Both the position numbers and the translations under genes were made by a program. The notes below the pieces were generated by a model. That model was not told the origin of the DNA. It did not search any database and saw only the letters and a list, made by a program, of their open reading frames with translations. Below, piece by piece: positions 37,665 through 50,133 of a stretch of DNA of 64,000 nt. How positions within the stretch are numbered: position 1 is the stretch's first letter; each line of letters begins with the position of its first letter. Source of the DNA: Squalus acanthias (taxonomy: Eukaryota); assembly GCA_030390025.1 (NCBI GenBank), contig CM059432.1, positions 85,252,001 through 85,316,000 of the forward strand. Direction: 5' to 3'.

Positions 37665-38779
37665 AAAGAAGGAAGATAGGAAAATCCATTTCAATGGGTA
37701 GATAAGTGTGAAAATTTGTAATTGAATATTTAATTGAATAAATAATTCATACAGCGATGATCTAGAAATTGTGTTAAGGTAGCCATATGGAGCTGAACAT
37801 GTGGCATTAATGTGATGCTGATTAATCCTGTTATTTAGGGTATCATAAGTGTGAGATCTGCAAAATGTGTCCTGTTGATTTTGTGTGAAAAAAGATCTGG
37901 CTATCTCAGTTAATTATTATATGCATGTAATTGCAGAGGAGATTGATCTGAACAAAATAACTTGTCATTGTTAAAATTAGTCTTAAAAGTGTTGTTACAT
38001 TGTGGAAAACATTAATAACTTCTAAGAATTCATGATCTAAAAAGTTATCCACAATTTCTGTATAAATAATGAATATATACAGGGCACTTCCTTTGAAGAA
38101 TACGTCTTAAAATATCGCCAAAATGCAAGCTCTAATTACACAAAAACACTGCCATTTCTCATTGCTGCATTACCACTTATTTAACAGGACAAATTTATTT
38201 GATTTTACAAAGTTGAAAACAAGCATGGAACAAAAATTAAATTTAAATTAAATTTTGATTTTAATTGAGAAATGAAGTTCATGAATTCAGTTACCACCAA
38301 GAATGAAAATAGTAAATGAGAGCACAAGGCAAATCAGGAACAAGTGACTAGGTGACACCAAGCTTGGGCTTTAAAAGTATAAAGATTGTAGATGGAAAGA
38401 AATACTAAGGAGGTATAGATTTCCAGTTTTGAAGTATTGGGAAAGAATAAGTTGGATTAAGAAGCTGTGTGACGAGTCTTGACTTCAGTTTATTAAAAAT
38501 ACAGGGAGGAGCAATAATGTGGCAATTTAGAGTTTAGAAGGAACAAGTGAAGAAACTTTAGAAAAGCATTGGCCACAGTGATATTAAGAAAATAGAGACA
38601 AGAAAGGTTGCAATGGAGCAAGAGGCTAAGGGTTAAAATTGAGTGGAGATTGACTATCACACGACAAGTTTTTTCTGATATCCTGTCCAGGAATGAGAGA
38701 GAGTTGCTAGAAGAATGTCCCCAGATATGGAGGCAATATTCAAGTCTTGGATGGAGTTGGGCTTTATAAAGAATTAAGA

Positions 38780-39035
38780 GCTTTTGTTTATTTGTTCTTT
38801 GGATATGGATGATGCTGCCAAGGCCAAATTTCTTGCCCATCCCTAGCTGCCCTAAGGAGGTATTAGTGGGCTGCCTTCTTGAACCACTGCAGTTCTTGTG
38901 GTGATAGAGCTCCCATGATGGTGTTAGATGGGGAATTCCAGGATTTTGATCAAGTGATAATGAAAAAACACTGGTATATGTCCAAGTCAGGATGGTGTGT
39001 GACTTGGAAGGTAACTTGGAAGTCATAGCATTCAC
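38780..39035 (-). mobile_element. Decayed 3' fragment of the 20030-22170 LINE family
   Basis: ttgcccatccctagctgccctaagg...gtccaagtcaggatggtgtgtgacttggaagg matches that LINE's 3' end in reverse. Confidence 0.75.
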
Positions 39036-40984
39036 ATGATGATGGCAACAACGGTCAGTTGAATTTCTATGGTGTTTATAATGTAGAAAACATCCCAAGG
39101 CACTTCACAGAGGCATAGGGAAAAAATGGATGCCAAGTCAAGGAAGGAGTTATTAGGAGGGTTGACCAAAGTTTGATCAAAGAGGTGAGTTTTGAGGAAA
39201 GAGGTGGTTAGGCAGAGAGAATTCCCCAGAGTGAGTTCTAGCAGGCTGAAGGCACAACTGCATATATATGCAGTATATGCACTTTAGAAACTACCAATGT
39301 GAGGCAATAGGGCAATAGTTATAAAAAGATGAGTGATTTCACCTTTCTTGGGGGATAGGGACAGGATGAACATGGGCTAATTTTTGAGATGGAGAGGTGG
39401 ACTGGGAGTAAGGGACACAGCGTAGGACAGGGTTAAGTTCAGAAGCACACACATTGAGGATGATCATAGAATCATAAAAATTTGCACCACAGAAGGAGGC
39501 CATTCAGCCCATTGTGCCTGTGCCGGTCAAAAAAGAACTATCCTGCCGAATCCCACTTTCCAGCACTTGGTCCGTAGCCTTGTAGGTTATGACACTTCAA
39601 GTGCATAGCCAAGTACTTCTTAAATGTGGTGAGGGTTTCTGCCTCTACCACCCTTTCAGGCAGTGAGTTCCAGACTCCCTACCACCCTCTGGGTGAAAAT
39701 TTTTTTCCCTCAACTCCCCTCTAATCCTTCTACCAATTACTTTAAATCTATGACCTCTCTGCTAAGATAAATAGGTCCTTCCTATCCACTCTATCTAGGC
39801 CCCTCATTTTATTCACCTCAATTACATCTCCCCTCAGCCTCCTCTGTTCCAAAGAAAACAACCCCAGCCTATCCAATCTTTCCTCATAGCTAAAATTCTC
39901 CAGTCCTGGCAACATTCTCGTAAATCTCCTCTGTAGCCTCTCTAGTGCGATCACATCTTCCTGTAATGTGGTGACCAGAACTGTATGCAGTACTCTAGCT
40001 GTGGCCTAACTAGTATTTTATACAGTTCTAGCATAACCTCCCTGCTCTTATATTCTATGCCTCGGCTAATAAAGGAAAGTATCCCTTCTTAACCGCCTTA
40101 CCTACCTGTCCTGCTACCTTCAGGGATCTGTGGACATGCACTTCAATGTCCCTCTGTTCCTCTACGCTTCTCAGTATCCTACCATTTATTGTGTATTCCC
40201 TTGCCTTGTTTGCCCTCCCCAAATGCATTACCTCACACTTCTCCAGATTGAATTCCATTTGCCAGTTTTCTGCCCACCTGACCAGTCCATTGATATCTTC
40301 CTGCAGTCTACAGCTTTCTTCCTCACTATCAACCACACGGCCAATTTTTGTATCATCTGCAAACTTCTTAATCATGCCCCCTACATTGAAGTCTAAATCA
40401 TTGATATATACCACGAACAGCAAGGGACCTTGTACTGAGCCTGCGGAACCCCCACTGGAAACAGCCTTCCAGTCACAAAAACACCCGTCAACCATTTGCT
40501 TCCTGCTACTGAGCCAATTTTGGATCCAACTTGCCACTTTCCCTTGTTTCCCATGGGCTCTTACTTTTCTGACCAGTCTGCCATGTGGGACCTTGTCAGA
40601 TGCCTTGCTAAAATCCATGTAGACTATATCAAATGTGCTCTCCTCATCAACCCTGCTTGTTACCTCCTCAAAAAATTCAATCAAGTTAGTCAGACTCGAC
40701 CTTCCCTTAACAAATCCATGCTGACTGTCCATGATTAATCCGGGCCATTCTAAATGATGATTAATACTGTCCCTCAGAATTTTTTCCAATAATTTGCCCA
40801 CCACTGAGGTTAGGCTGACTGTTTACTCAGTCTATCCCTTATTTCCTTTTTAAACAACGGTGTAACGTTAGCAGTCCTCCAGTCCTCCGGCACCATGCCT
40901 GTAGCTAGATAGGATTGGAAAATGATGGTCAGGACCTCTGCTACTTCCTCCCTTGCTTCTCTTAACAGCCTAGGATACATTTCA

Positions 40985-41143
40985 CAATAGCAAAATACTG
41001 CGGATGCTGGAAATCTGAAATAACAACAGAAAATGCTGGAAACACTCAGCAGGCTAGGCAGCATCCATGGAGAGAGAAACAGAGTTAACGTTTCAGGTCA
41101 CAGCCTGGGCTGCTGAGTGTTTCCAGCATTTTCTGTTGTTATT
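40985..41143 (-). mobile_element. Miniature Penelope-like insertion (pLTR end plus inverted piece)
   Basis: 14-bp TSD taggatacatttca (40971-40984, 41144-41157). The sequence matches the pLTR of 56700-59302. Confidence 0.9.
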
Positions 41144-41209
41144 TAGGATACATTTCATCTGGGCCTGGTGATTTATCGACTTTCAAAGATGCTAAACCCC
41201 TTAATATTT

Positions 41210-42025
41210 CATAAGAACATAAGAAATAGGAGCAGGATTAGGCCATTTGGCCCTTCGAACCTGCTCCGCCATTCAATAAGATCATGGTTGATCTTCTAAC
41301 TCAACTCCACTTTCCTGCACTATCCCCATATCTCTTGATTCCCTTAATATTCAAAAATCTAGCGATCTCTGTCATGAATATACTCAAAGACGGAGTCTCC
41401 ACAGCCCTCTGAGGTAGAGAATTCCAAAGATTCACCACCCTCTGAGTGAATAAATTTCTCCTCATCTCAGTCCTAAATGGCCAACCCCTTATTCTGAGAC
41501 TGTGACTCCTGGTTCTAGACTCCCCAGCCAGGGGAAACATCCTCCCTGCATCTACCCTGTCAAGCCCTGTAACAATTTTGTATGTTTCAATGAGATCACC
41601 TCTCATTCTTCTAAACTCTAGAGAATATAGGCCTAGTCTACTCAATCTCTCCTCATAGGACAATCCCCCATCCTAGGAACCAGTCTGGCGAACCTTTGTT
41701 GCACTCCCTCTATGGCAAGTATATCCTTCCTTAGGTAAGGAGACCAAAACTGTACACAATACTCCAATAGGTGTGGTCTCACTATATAATTGCAGTAAGA
41801 CATCTTTACTCTTATACTCAAATCCTCTTGTAATAAAGGCCAACATACCATTTGCTTTCCTACTTGCTTGCTGTACCTGCATGTTAGCTTTCAGCGATTC
41901 GTGTACAAGGACACCCAGGTCCCTCTGAACACCAACATTTCTCAATCTCTCACCATTTAAAAAATACTCTGCTTTTCTATTTTTCCTACCAAAGTGGATA
42001 ACTTCACATTTCTCCACATTATATT
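41210..42025 (-). mobile_element. CR1 3' fragment of another subfamily nested in the long CR1
   Basis: Tail cataagaacataag, with KCEVIHFG and YSLEFRRMRGDLIETYK. Confidence 0.88.
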
Positions 42026-43084
42026 CTATTTGTCATTTCGTCTCTCACTATGGTTATCCCATCCAATATTTCACACTCCCCCTCCTTAACTACAATGTTT
42101 GCATTATCCCCCTTTTTTGTGAAGACAGATGCAAAGTATTCATTAAGAACCATACCCATATCTTCCTTCTTCACACACAGGTTACCTTTTTGATCTCTAA
42201 TAGGTCTTACCCTTTCCTTAGTTATCCTCTTGCTCCTTATGTATTTATAAAACATCTTTGGGTTTTCTTTGATTTTACTTGCCAATAATTTTTCATGCCC
42301 TCTCTTTGCTTTCCTAATTTCCTTTTTAATTTCACCCCTGCACTTTCTATACTCCTCTAGGCTTTCTCAGTATTGAGCTCTCAGTATCTGACATAGTTTC
42401 CCTTTTTTGCCTTATCCTACCCTGTATGCCACTTGACATCAGGGGGCTCTAGATTTGAGAGTCCCACCCTTTTTCTTTGTGGAAACATATTTGCTCTGAA
42501 CCCTCACGATCTCCTCCTTGAATGCCTCCCACTGCTCTGAAACTGATTTACCTTCAAGTTTTCAGTACACTTTTGCTAAATCACATCTCAGCTTAATAAA
42601 ATTGGCCTTTCCCCAATTGAGAACTTTTACTCCCGGTCTATCTTTGTTCTTTTCCATAACTATGCTAAATCTAACTGAATTATGATCACTATCACCAAAA
42701 TGTTCTCCCACTGATACCCCTTCCACCTACCCAGCTTCATTCTCTAAAACTTAGTCCAGAACCGCCCCTCTCTTGTTGGGCTTGCTACGTACTGGCTAAA
42801 AAGTTCTCCTGAATGCATTTTAAGGATTCTGCACCTTCTATAACTTTTACACTGATTTTATCCCAGTTATTATTTGGGTAGTTGAAATTCCCAACTATTA
42901 CTGCCCTATTGTTTTTGCACTTCTCAGAAGTTTGCCTGCATATTTGCTCTTCTATCTCCTTCTGACTGTTTGGGGGTCCATAGTACACTCTCAGCCGTGT
43001 AATTGCCCTTTTTATGTTCTTCAGTTCAACCCATATGGCCACATTTGACGATCCTTCTAGCATATCAACCCTCCTGACAGCTGT

Positions 43085-43551
43085 GTCAGCTGTGGCTCAG
43101 TTGGTAGCACACTCGCCTCTGGGGCAGAAGGTTGTGAGTTCACAATCCCACTCCAGGACATGAGCACAAAAATCTAGGCTGACACTCGAGTGGAGTGCTG
43201 AGAGAGTGCTGTACTGTCGGAGGTGCCGTCTTTTGGATGAGACGTTAAACCGAGGCCCTGTCTGCTCTCTCAGGTGAACGTAAAAGATCCCATGGCACTA
43301 TTTTGAAGAAGAGCAGGGGAGTTATCCCTGGTGTCCTGGCCAATATTTATCCCTCAACCAACATAACAAAAACAGATTATCTGGTCATTATCACATTGCT
43401 GTTTGTGGGAGCTTGCTGTGTACAAATTGGCTGCCGCGTTTCCCACATTACAACAGTGACTGCACTTCAAACAGTACTTCATTGGCTGCAAAGTGCTTTG
43501 AGACGTCCGATGGTCGTGAAAGGCGCTATATAAATGCAAGTCTGTCTTTCT
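43085..43551 (+). mobile_element. Full-length tRNA-derived DeuSINE (SacSINE1-like)
   Basis: A box tggctcagttgg, B-box-like gagttcacaatcc, Deu-like central domain and L2-like tail ggcgctatataaatgcaag. It is flanked by a 68-bp duplication. Confidence 0.9.
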
Positions 43552-45171
43552 TTCTTCAGTTCAACCCATATGGCCACATTTGACGATCCTTCCAGCATAT
43601 CAACCCTCCTGACAGCTGTAATTGTTTCATTAACCAATATTGCGTCGTGTCCCCCCCCCTCCTTTTTTATCCGCCTCTCTATCTTGTCTGAAAACCTGTA
43701 TCCAGGAATGTTGAGCTGCCAATCGTGCCCTTCTTTAACCCGTGTTTCAGTAATAGCTATGATATCATACTTCCATGTGCCCATCTGTGCCCTCAGTTCA
43801 TCTGCCTTATTCACTAGACTCCTAGTATTAAAGTAAATACCATTAAGCACTACCAAACTCCCTTGTTGTCTATTTCCTAGCCTTTGTTTTCTCTGCTTTC
43901 CAAACACGCTTACTAATTTTCTGCCTTCCATTTCCAGCTTTGCTTCTTTCCCTTCTGACTCTACGGTCAGGTTTCCATCTCCCTGCCAAGCTAGTTTAAA
44001 ACCTCTCCAACAGCACTAGCAAACTTCCTCGCGATGATATTGGTCCCGGCCCTGTTGATGTGCAACCCGTCCGGCTTGTACAGGTCCCACCTCCCCCAGA
44101 ACCTGTCTCAATGCCTCAGGAAACTAAGGCCCTCCCTCCTGCACCATCTCTCCAGCCACGCATTCATCTGCACTCTCCTCCTATTTCTGTACTTACTAGA
44201 GGTTCTGCTTATTAATTTCTTTCCTAGCTTCCTGAAATCTGCCTGCAGGACCTCATCCCTCTTTCTACCTATGTCATTGGTGCCAATATGGACCACGACC
44301 TCTGGCTATTCACCCTCTCCCCTCAGAATGTTCTGCAGCCACTCAGTGACATCCTTCACCCTGGCACCAGGGAGGCAACATACCATCTTGGAATCACGTC
44401 TGCGGCCACAGAAGCGCTTGATTGTTCCCCTAACCATTGAATCCCCATCACTATTGCTTTCCTGACCTTCCTCCTCCCCCCCACCTCCCCCCACCCCAGT
44501 ACAGCTGAGCTACCCATGGTGCTGTAGACTTGGCTCTGGCTGTATTCCCCAGAGGAACCATCTCCCTCACCAGTATACCAGTTAGAGAGCAAGTGCAGTG
44601 ACACCAGCTGCTGCCTAAGCTCCAAAACTCTGAGCTCGAGCTCCTCCAGCTGATGACACTTCCTGCACATGTGATTGTTCAGGACATGAGTGCCGTCCTG
44701 GAGTTCCCACATGCCACAGGATGTGCACTTGACTGGACTGACGTGCCCTGCCATGCCTCGATTTATTAGGTTACTTACCAGAAATAAACTAAGACTTGTC
44801 CCTGATCGGGCCAAAAAAAAGTTCACCAGCTGTTCACCGATCAGCTCCTTCCCTTGTGCTGATGTCACTTTAGGTGTATTTTACACCTCTCCCTGACGCT
44901 CTTGGGGCCTTTCTCTCTCCCGCCGCTTTATACTGCCGGGCCACTCTCTCTCTTTCCCGTTGCTTTATACTTTTGAGCCATTCTCTCTCTCTCCCGCCGC
45001 TTTATACTCTTGGGCCATTCTCTCTCCCGCCGCTGAATGCCCCAGGCCACTCTCTCTCTCTCCTGTCACTTTTTACCCTAAGTACTTGATCTGTTACCCT
45101 CCAATTCGCTCACTCCGCAGCAGTGACATCACTTTTGAATTTCTTTCTCAGATTTCCGCATTCTGCTCGCG

Positions 45172-45428
45172 CTGTCACTGACTCTCTGCCGTTGGTTCTC
45201 CCGCTTTTATCTGTTGCCCTCTTGCACTGTTTCCTCTCAGGCTCACTCTCTCCGCTCTCACTGATTCTCTGCCGCTGGTTTTTCTGCTTTTATCTGTTGT
45301 CCTCTTGCACTGTTTCCTCTCAGGCTCACTCTCTCTGCTCTCACTGAGTCTTTGCCGCTGGTTCTCCCTCTTTTATCTGTTGTCCTCTCGCACTTTTTTC
45401 CCTCAGGCTTGCTCTCTCTGCTCTCACT
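45172..45428. repeat. Tandem repeat of about 84 bp, three copies, at the 5' end of the CR1
   Basis: The unit tcactga(c/t/g)tct(c/t)tgccg..ggtt...cttttatctgttg..ctc..gcact.tt..cctcaggct recurs at about 45175, 45258 and 45342. Confidence 0.85.
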
Positions 45429-45967
45429 GGGAGAGTTATCAGGTTCAGAGGTCTTATTGGAGCAGAGCATCCAACTGACGAGGATAAAATTTGATAGCAG
45501 TCTTAATGGTAAAACAGCAACAGCAATGGAGGGAAGTCATTTACAAAGATCATCAGGCTCCATGCAAAACATATGAAAATTCTGTCTCATCCAGGGATTG
45601 AACTGAGATCAAAACCTGAAGATATGTGGTTGTAAATCTATCTAAAAATGCTAAAAATTCAAAAGTTGCAATTACTGACATATTTAAAGAAAATGGTTTG
45701 GAATGCCCCTAATGGCTCAATGAGTGTAGTTCTTGGTGATATAGAACAAGAAAATCAAGGATAGATTCCTGATGTTAGCTAAGCTAGCTGGAATCATGAT
45801 TGGTTTGCTACACTGGCTTACGTCCTTGGCTGGGGGGAGGTGGGGTAGGGGGATCAGTGATGTTCATGCTGCTAATCACCATTCCTTTGTCTCTGCATGT
45901 ATGGGCAGGATTGGATTCTGTTTTGATGTCCCTCAGAGTCCGACAGTTTACACTAAAGGGTAAATTT

Positions 45968-46075
45968 CATAAGAGCATAAGAAATAGGAGCAAGAGTAGG
46001 CCATTTGGCCCTTTGAGCCCGCTTCACCATTCAGTAAGATCATGGCTGATCTTCTACCTCAACTCCACCTTCCCG
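45968..46075 (-). mobile_element. CR1 3' end fragment
   Basis: cataagagcataagaaataggagcaagagtaggccatt. Confidence 0.8.
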
Positions 46076-47616
46076 GCAAACTGGCAAAGAACTCCACTCA
46101 CTGAGAATGCCTATCAAGAATACAAAAGTGCCTACAGGAGAGGAGAGAAAATTAGGGAATAAAAGCATAAATGCTTCTTGAATTGTAAAGTTTTTCATTG
46201 TACTTTTACTTGATCATTTTAAATATGTTAGTATAATGTCACAGAAATTAAAATACTGAAATTCCTGCTCTACTCTGAAATGGAAACACACTTTGTCAAA
46301 CAGTAAATTAAACCATTTACATCTGCTATAAACAGGTGAACTTGGGGAGATAAAAGCAAGGAAATCAAAAGATTATCCTTGACGTAAACAGATAACGTGA
46401 TGCAAGGTAATCTCTTCTACCAATCGTTTTACCTAATCTGATAATACATTGTGGTAGGTAGATAAGAATTATGCAAGGTCTGACTGGAAATCTTCATGTC
46501 TTGTTTGCTGTGATAACAAAGTGTACAGCATCAACCAGCGTGCCCTGAGTTACAGCTATCCTGCTAGATTGCTCTCATCTGTTTACAGAGTTGTTGTTTT
46601 TATATAAATGTGCCCATTCCTTTTTGAAGTTGTAAAATATACATAGTCATAAATAATGGAATTATAAAACAGTATGTGTGATTAAAAGTGAAAGAGTAAG
46701 CAGATTACTAATCTTTAATTTTTTAATCACAAACACCAACGGTTATTTTAAAGGTATCTTGTATTAGCTGACTTAGTGATTTTTATTTGTTGGTAGTGCA
46801 CAATTAAACCCATTCACAAAAAAATCTTTTGTATGCTATTTTAGCGCAGTAGTTAACGTATTTAAAATAGAATACAGAAGAATTTTACGCAAATACATTG
46901 AGCAGTGCTCTACCAAAGAAAATGAAATTCCATGGAGTCAAAAAGTACGTACATTTAGCGAATTTATTAAATATACTGGAATTGAGAAATTACTGATAAC
47001 TTTGTCAGTCAAATTGCAACCCTAACAAAAAAGTTTGTGTCACGGTCACGGGTTAAATGTAACTGATGCTAAGGCAACTGATTCCTCAGATCTTCCCTGG
47101 GTCAGGCTGTGTGGCGTGTACTAAGATGATTCAAGAATATTGCGAATGGGCTGAAATCAGCTTTGGTTTTAAAGGGTGATTGGTTAAAACTAATAAGACG
47201 CCATCAAACTACAGAGTGTAAATCTTGTTTAACAAATCAGATCTGGTGGAAGCCCTGTAGTGGCAAATATACCTTTTACATGTCAAACTTCAATTGTAAA
47301 TATTGTGACATTGTAACTTAAAAAAGAAGCATTTTTTAAAATTCCTTAGTTAATGCTTATTTTCTTTAAATTTTGTTGAAAATTTGACAACCACACAAGA
47401 TCTACCTTAGTGTCTGATAAGGTAAACAGAGCTAAAACATGTTCAATACAGTGGAATGTTCATATGAGAACATCCTGTTTGCAAAGGAGAAAAAAATATT
47501 GTGCAAGACAGATGCTCTTTTAACAGGGCTCCACTGTTACATAAGGATTGCTGGGTATATTTGTCTCTGGTCACTAATGTGAGTTAAAAAAAAAATCACT
47601 GCAAGGTAAAACATAC

Positions 47617-49460
47617 CGCGGGTGAAATTTGATTGCGCAAAAAAAGGGCGCGGGCACGTAATGCGAGATATGCCCGTGCCCATTCAGAAATCGCAGGCAG
47701 CACGTCAATTTGGTGCTGCCTGCTAATTAACATGATAGGAGTGCACAGCCTAGCGCGGAGCGCGCTGCTGACTGGCTGTCAGCAGGGGCCCGAAGTTCGC
47801 ACTGCTGGAGCGCGGCTAACTTTACTTAAAGCTAGCCTGTTCCTCTTCAAAGCCTTCTGCAGCTCTTAAAGCTGAACTGCCTCTGCACATAAAAAATTTT
47901 TAAATCCTTCAGCAGTAGGCAATTTGCAGCTCTTAAAGTTGAGCTACCTTCTGCACATAAAAAAAAGTAAAATATACTTCAGCACGAGGCAGTCTGCAGC
48001 TCTTCAGGCTGAGCTGCCTTCTGCACAAAAAAATGGTAAAAGTACTTCAGTAATAACACAAATGGCTCAACAGGCCAGGGAAAGGGCACCCAAAGTCTCG
48101 GATGCAACATACCAGATTTGTGCAGGGGGTCAAAACTGGAAGACCCACATGGGGGCCAGAAGGCCCTCCAGAAAGAACGATGTGGGATGAGATTGCCGAG
48201 GCCATCACTGCCAGCAGAGTTGCCCCCAGGACAGGCTGCAGTGCCCAAAGAAGTTTCATGACCTCAGACGAGTGTTCAAGGTTAGTGAATGCATCTTCAA
48301 AAGCCATCTCCTACCAACTGCACCACTAGCCTCACACTCTGCTCAATGCACACTGCATCCCCCATGACTCACCTACCAACAATCTCTACCAAACACGAGG
48401 CACACCTCACATTCCTAGCTTCACCTCACCTCCTTTGAGGAGACGGTGCTGGCCATTCTTGACAGGGGCATGGCTGAGCCCTTAGCCAGTGGCAGGGCTG
48501 AAAGAATACAAGATGCTGGTATCCTCATACGTTATCCTCCTTCTCACATCCTAGTTCCCCCTCATCCCACAATCTCTTTTGATTTACAAGCTGCACATGG
48601 TATAAGCATGCACCTCGTGCTTTACCCACTTCCCCTCACCACAACTCTACCCTTGTGCCTTCCTCATTTGAGACACCCAAGAAATCCAGCCTGCCCAGCC
48701 AGTGGTTGACCAAGAAGAGGGAGAGGAGAGTGAAGAAGAAGAAGAAGAAGCAACACCGTCACTCGATTTCACCCTCCCAGCCACCAGCTCCTCGAGGTCA
48801 TCCTGCAAGGCCATCTGCAGTGTCCCCCACTAAAAGTCAGCAGCCATCCACCAGCCATGCTGCAACCACTGGGGTAGCACTGCGTAACATCACTAGGATA
48901 GGCAAAGGCAGACTAAGGGAATGCACAAGGTGATTAGTTGATTTTTTGAAGTAATATTGGATACATATATGGATAAAATTGGATTGGAAAGTTTGCTTTG
49001 TAGTGGCTTGTATTTCAGCATTGTGGCCAAGAGGACACTATGATGGTCAGTAACAGGAGGAAGGTAAGGTGTGGGACAAATGTTGAAAGGGGAATTGGGA
49101 TTGTGTTCACTGGTACCGCAGGTGGATGATTCCATCCCGGATATCCCAGCCAGAAAGAGGCTGTCTGGATTGCCTCTTTCCTTCTGCTTTTTCCTCTTCT
49201 GCTTCATCCTCTTCGGCTTCCTCCTCCTTCTGCGAGCAGTTTGTCCCCTTTGCTGTCTCTGCTCCATCTCCATGTGATGCTGCAACCAAAGGGGGTCTGC
49301 AACTGTAGCCCCTAGGACTGGGAGCAAGTGATCTTCTCAGCCAAAGCCTTGCAAATGTACAGCAGCACTCCCTGCACTCCATGCACACTTTAACAACTTT
49401 TTAAATGTATTGCACCAAGCCACTACTCCAGTAAAATGTAAAAAAAGGTCCAAAAACATT
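47617..49460 (+). mobile_element. Non-autonomous Harbinger family D, copy 1 (right end missing)
   Basis: Myb/SANT reads MAQQARERAPKVSDA..MWDEIAEAITA. Collinear with 60544-62340. Confidence 0.82.
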
Positions 49461-50133
49461 TAGTTTAGTAAACATATTCATGTATGCACATTTTGAAGAT
49501 ATAAATATTAACTTTTGTTTTTAAGTAAATTTTGCTTTAAAGATCTAACATCAGTGGGTAGCAAAGAAGCAGCGCACTCGGAGTGCAAATGCATTGTATT
49601 GTGGAAACCTAGAATGTAGGATCACAGCCCACAGGGCAAGCTCCTGATCTCAGCCACACTACCATGGAGGTAGAAGCCAGGCATTTCTCCACAAGAAGAA
49701 AGGGAGGAAAATTTAGAGGCTAAGTTAATGTTTCGCGTGGAATGTTTAAGAGTATTATGAATGCATAAAAGCCACAAAAAAGAAAAATCCCAAATTCAAA
49801 TAGCACCAGAATGTACAACTCTGAAGCAGAGGATGAATGGAAATGTAATCATATAATGACAGCGATAATTGAGTTTACAGGGTGTGAAAAGATCTGTCAG
49901 GTTGTTGAAAATGCATGGGAAAGCTTAATGCAAGTGACAGTAACTATATTCACCTTAAAATTCCTACGGGAATTTACACCGTTATGTGCTTTCTGCTACA
50001 CAGGCTAATGTTTTTATGTACACATGTATCAAACTGTGGTATAGTAAAGGGAAAGAAAAAATAATTTGCATTTATGTAGCACCATATCACAGCCTCAGAA
50101 TATATCAAATTCTGATTACCAATGATTTGCTTT

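Larger units (their letters stand above)
39464..45430 (-). mobile_element. Near full-length CR1 LINE (5' UTR, ORF1 zinc finger/esterase, ORF2 APE+RT), disrupted, with three nested inserts
   Basis: ORF1 has MAGHVSPVKCTSCGMWE..CRKC, GDSMVRG and VHIGTNDIG. APE has YFNTRSLVNKADEL..IIAITET and VGNFNYP. RT has QHGFVKGRS and FADDTKIG. The 3' tail is catagaatcata. Confidence 0.92.

Noticed and set aside
43085..43160. tRNA gene
   Set aside because: The A/B boxes are the head of a SINE that continues into the Deu-like core and LINE-like tail, and no full cloverleaf is evident.
46334..46405. Possible plus-strand exon between aaacag and gtaatc
   Set aside because: It has stop codons in all three frames.
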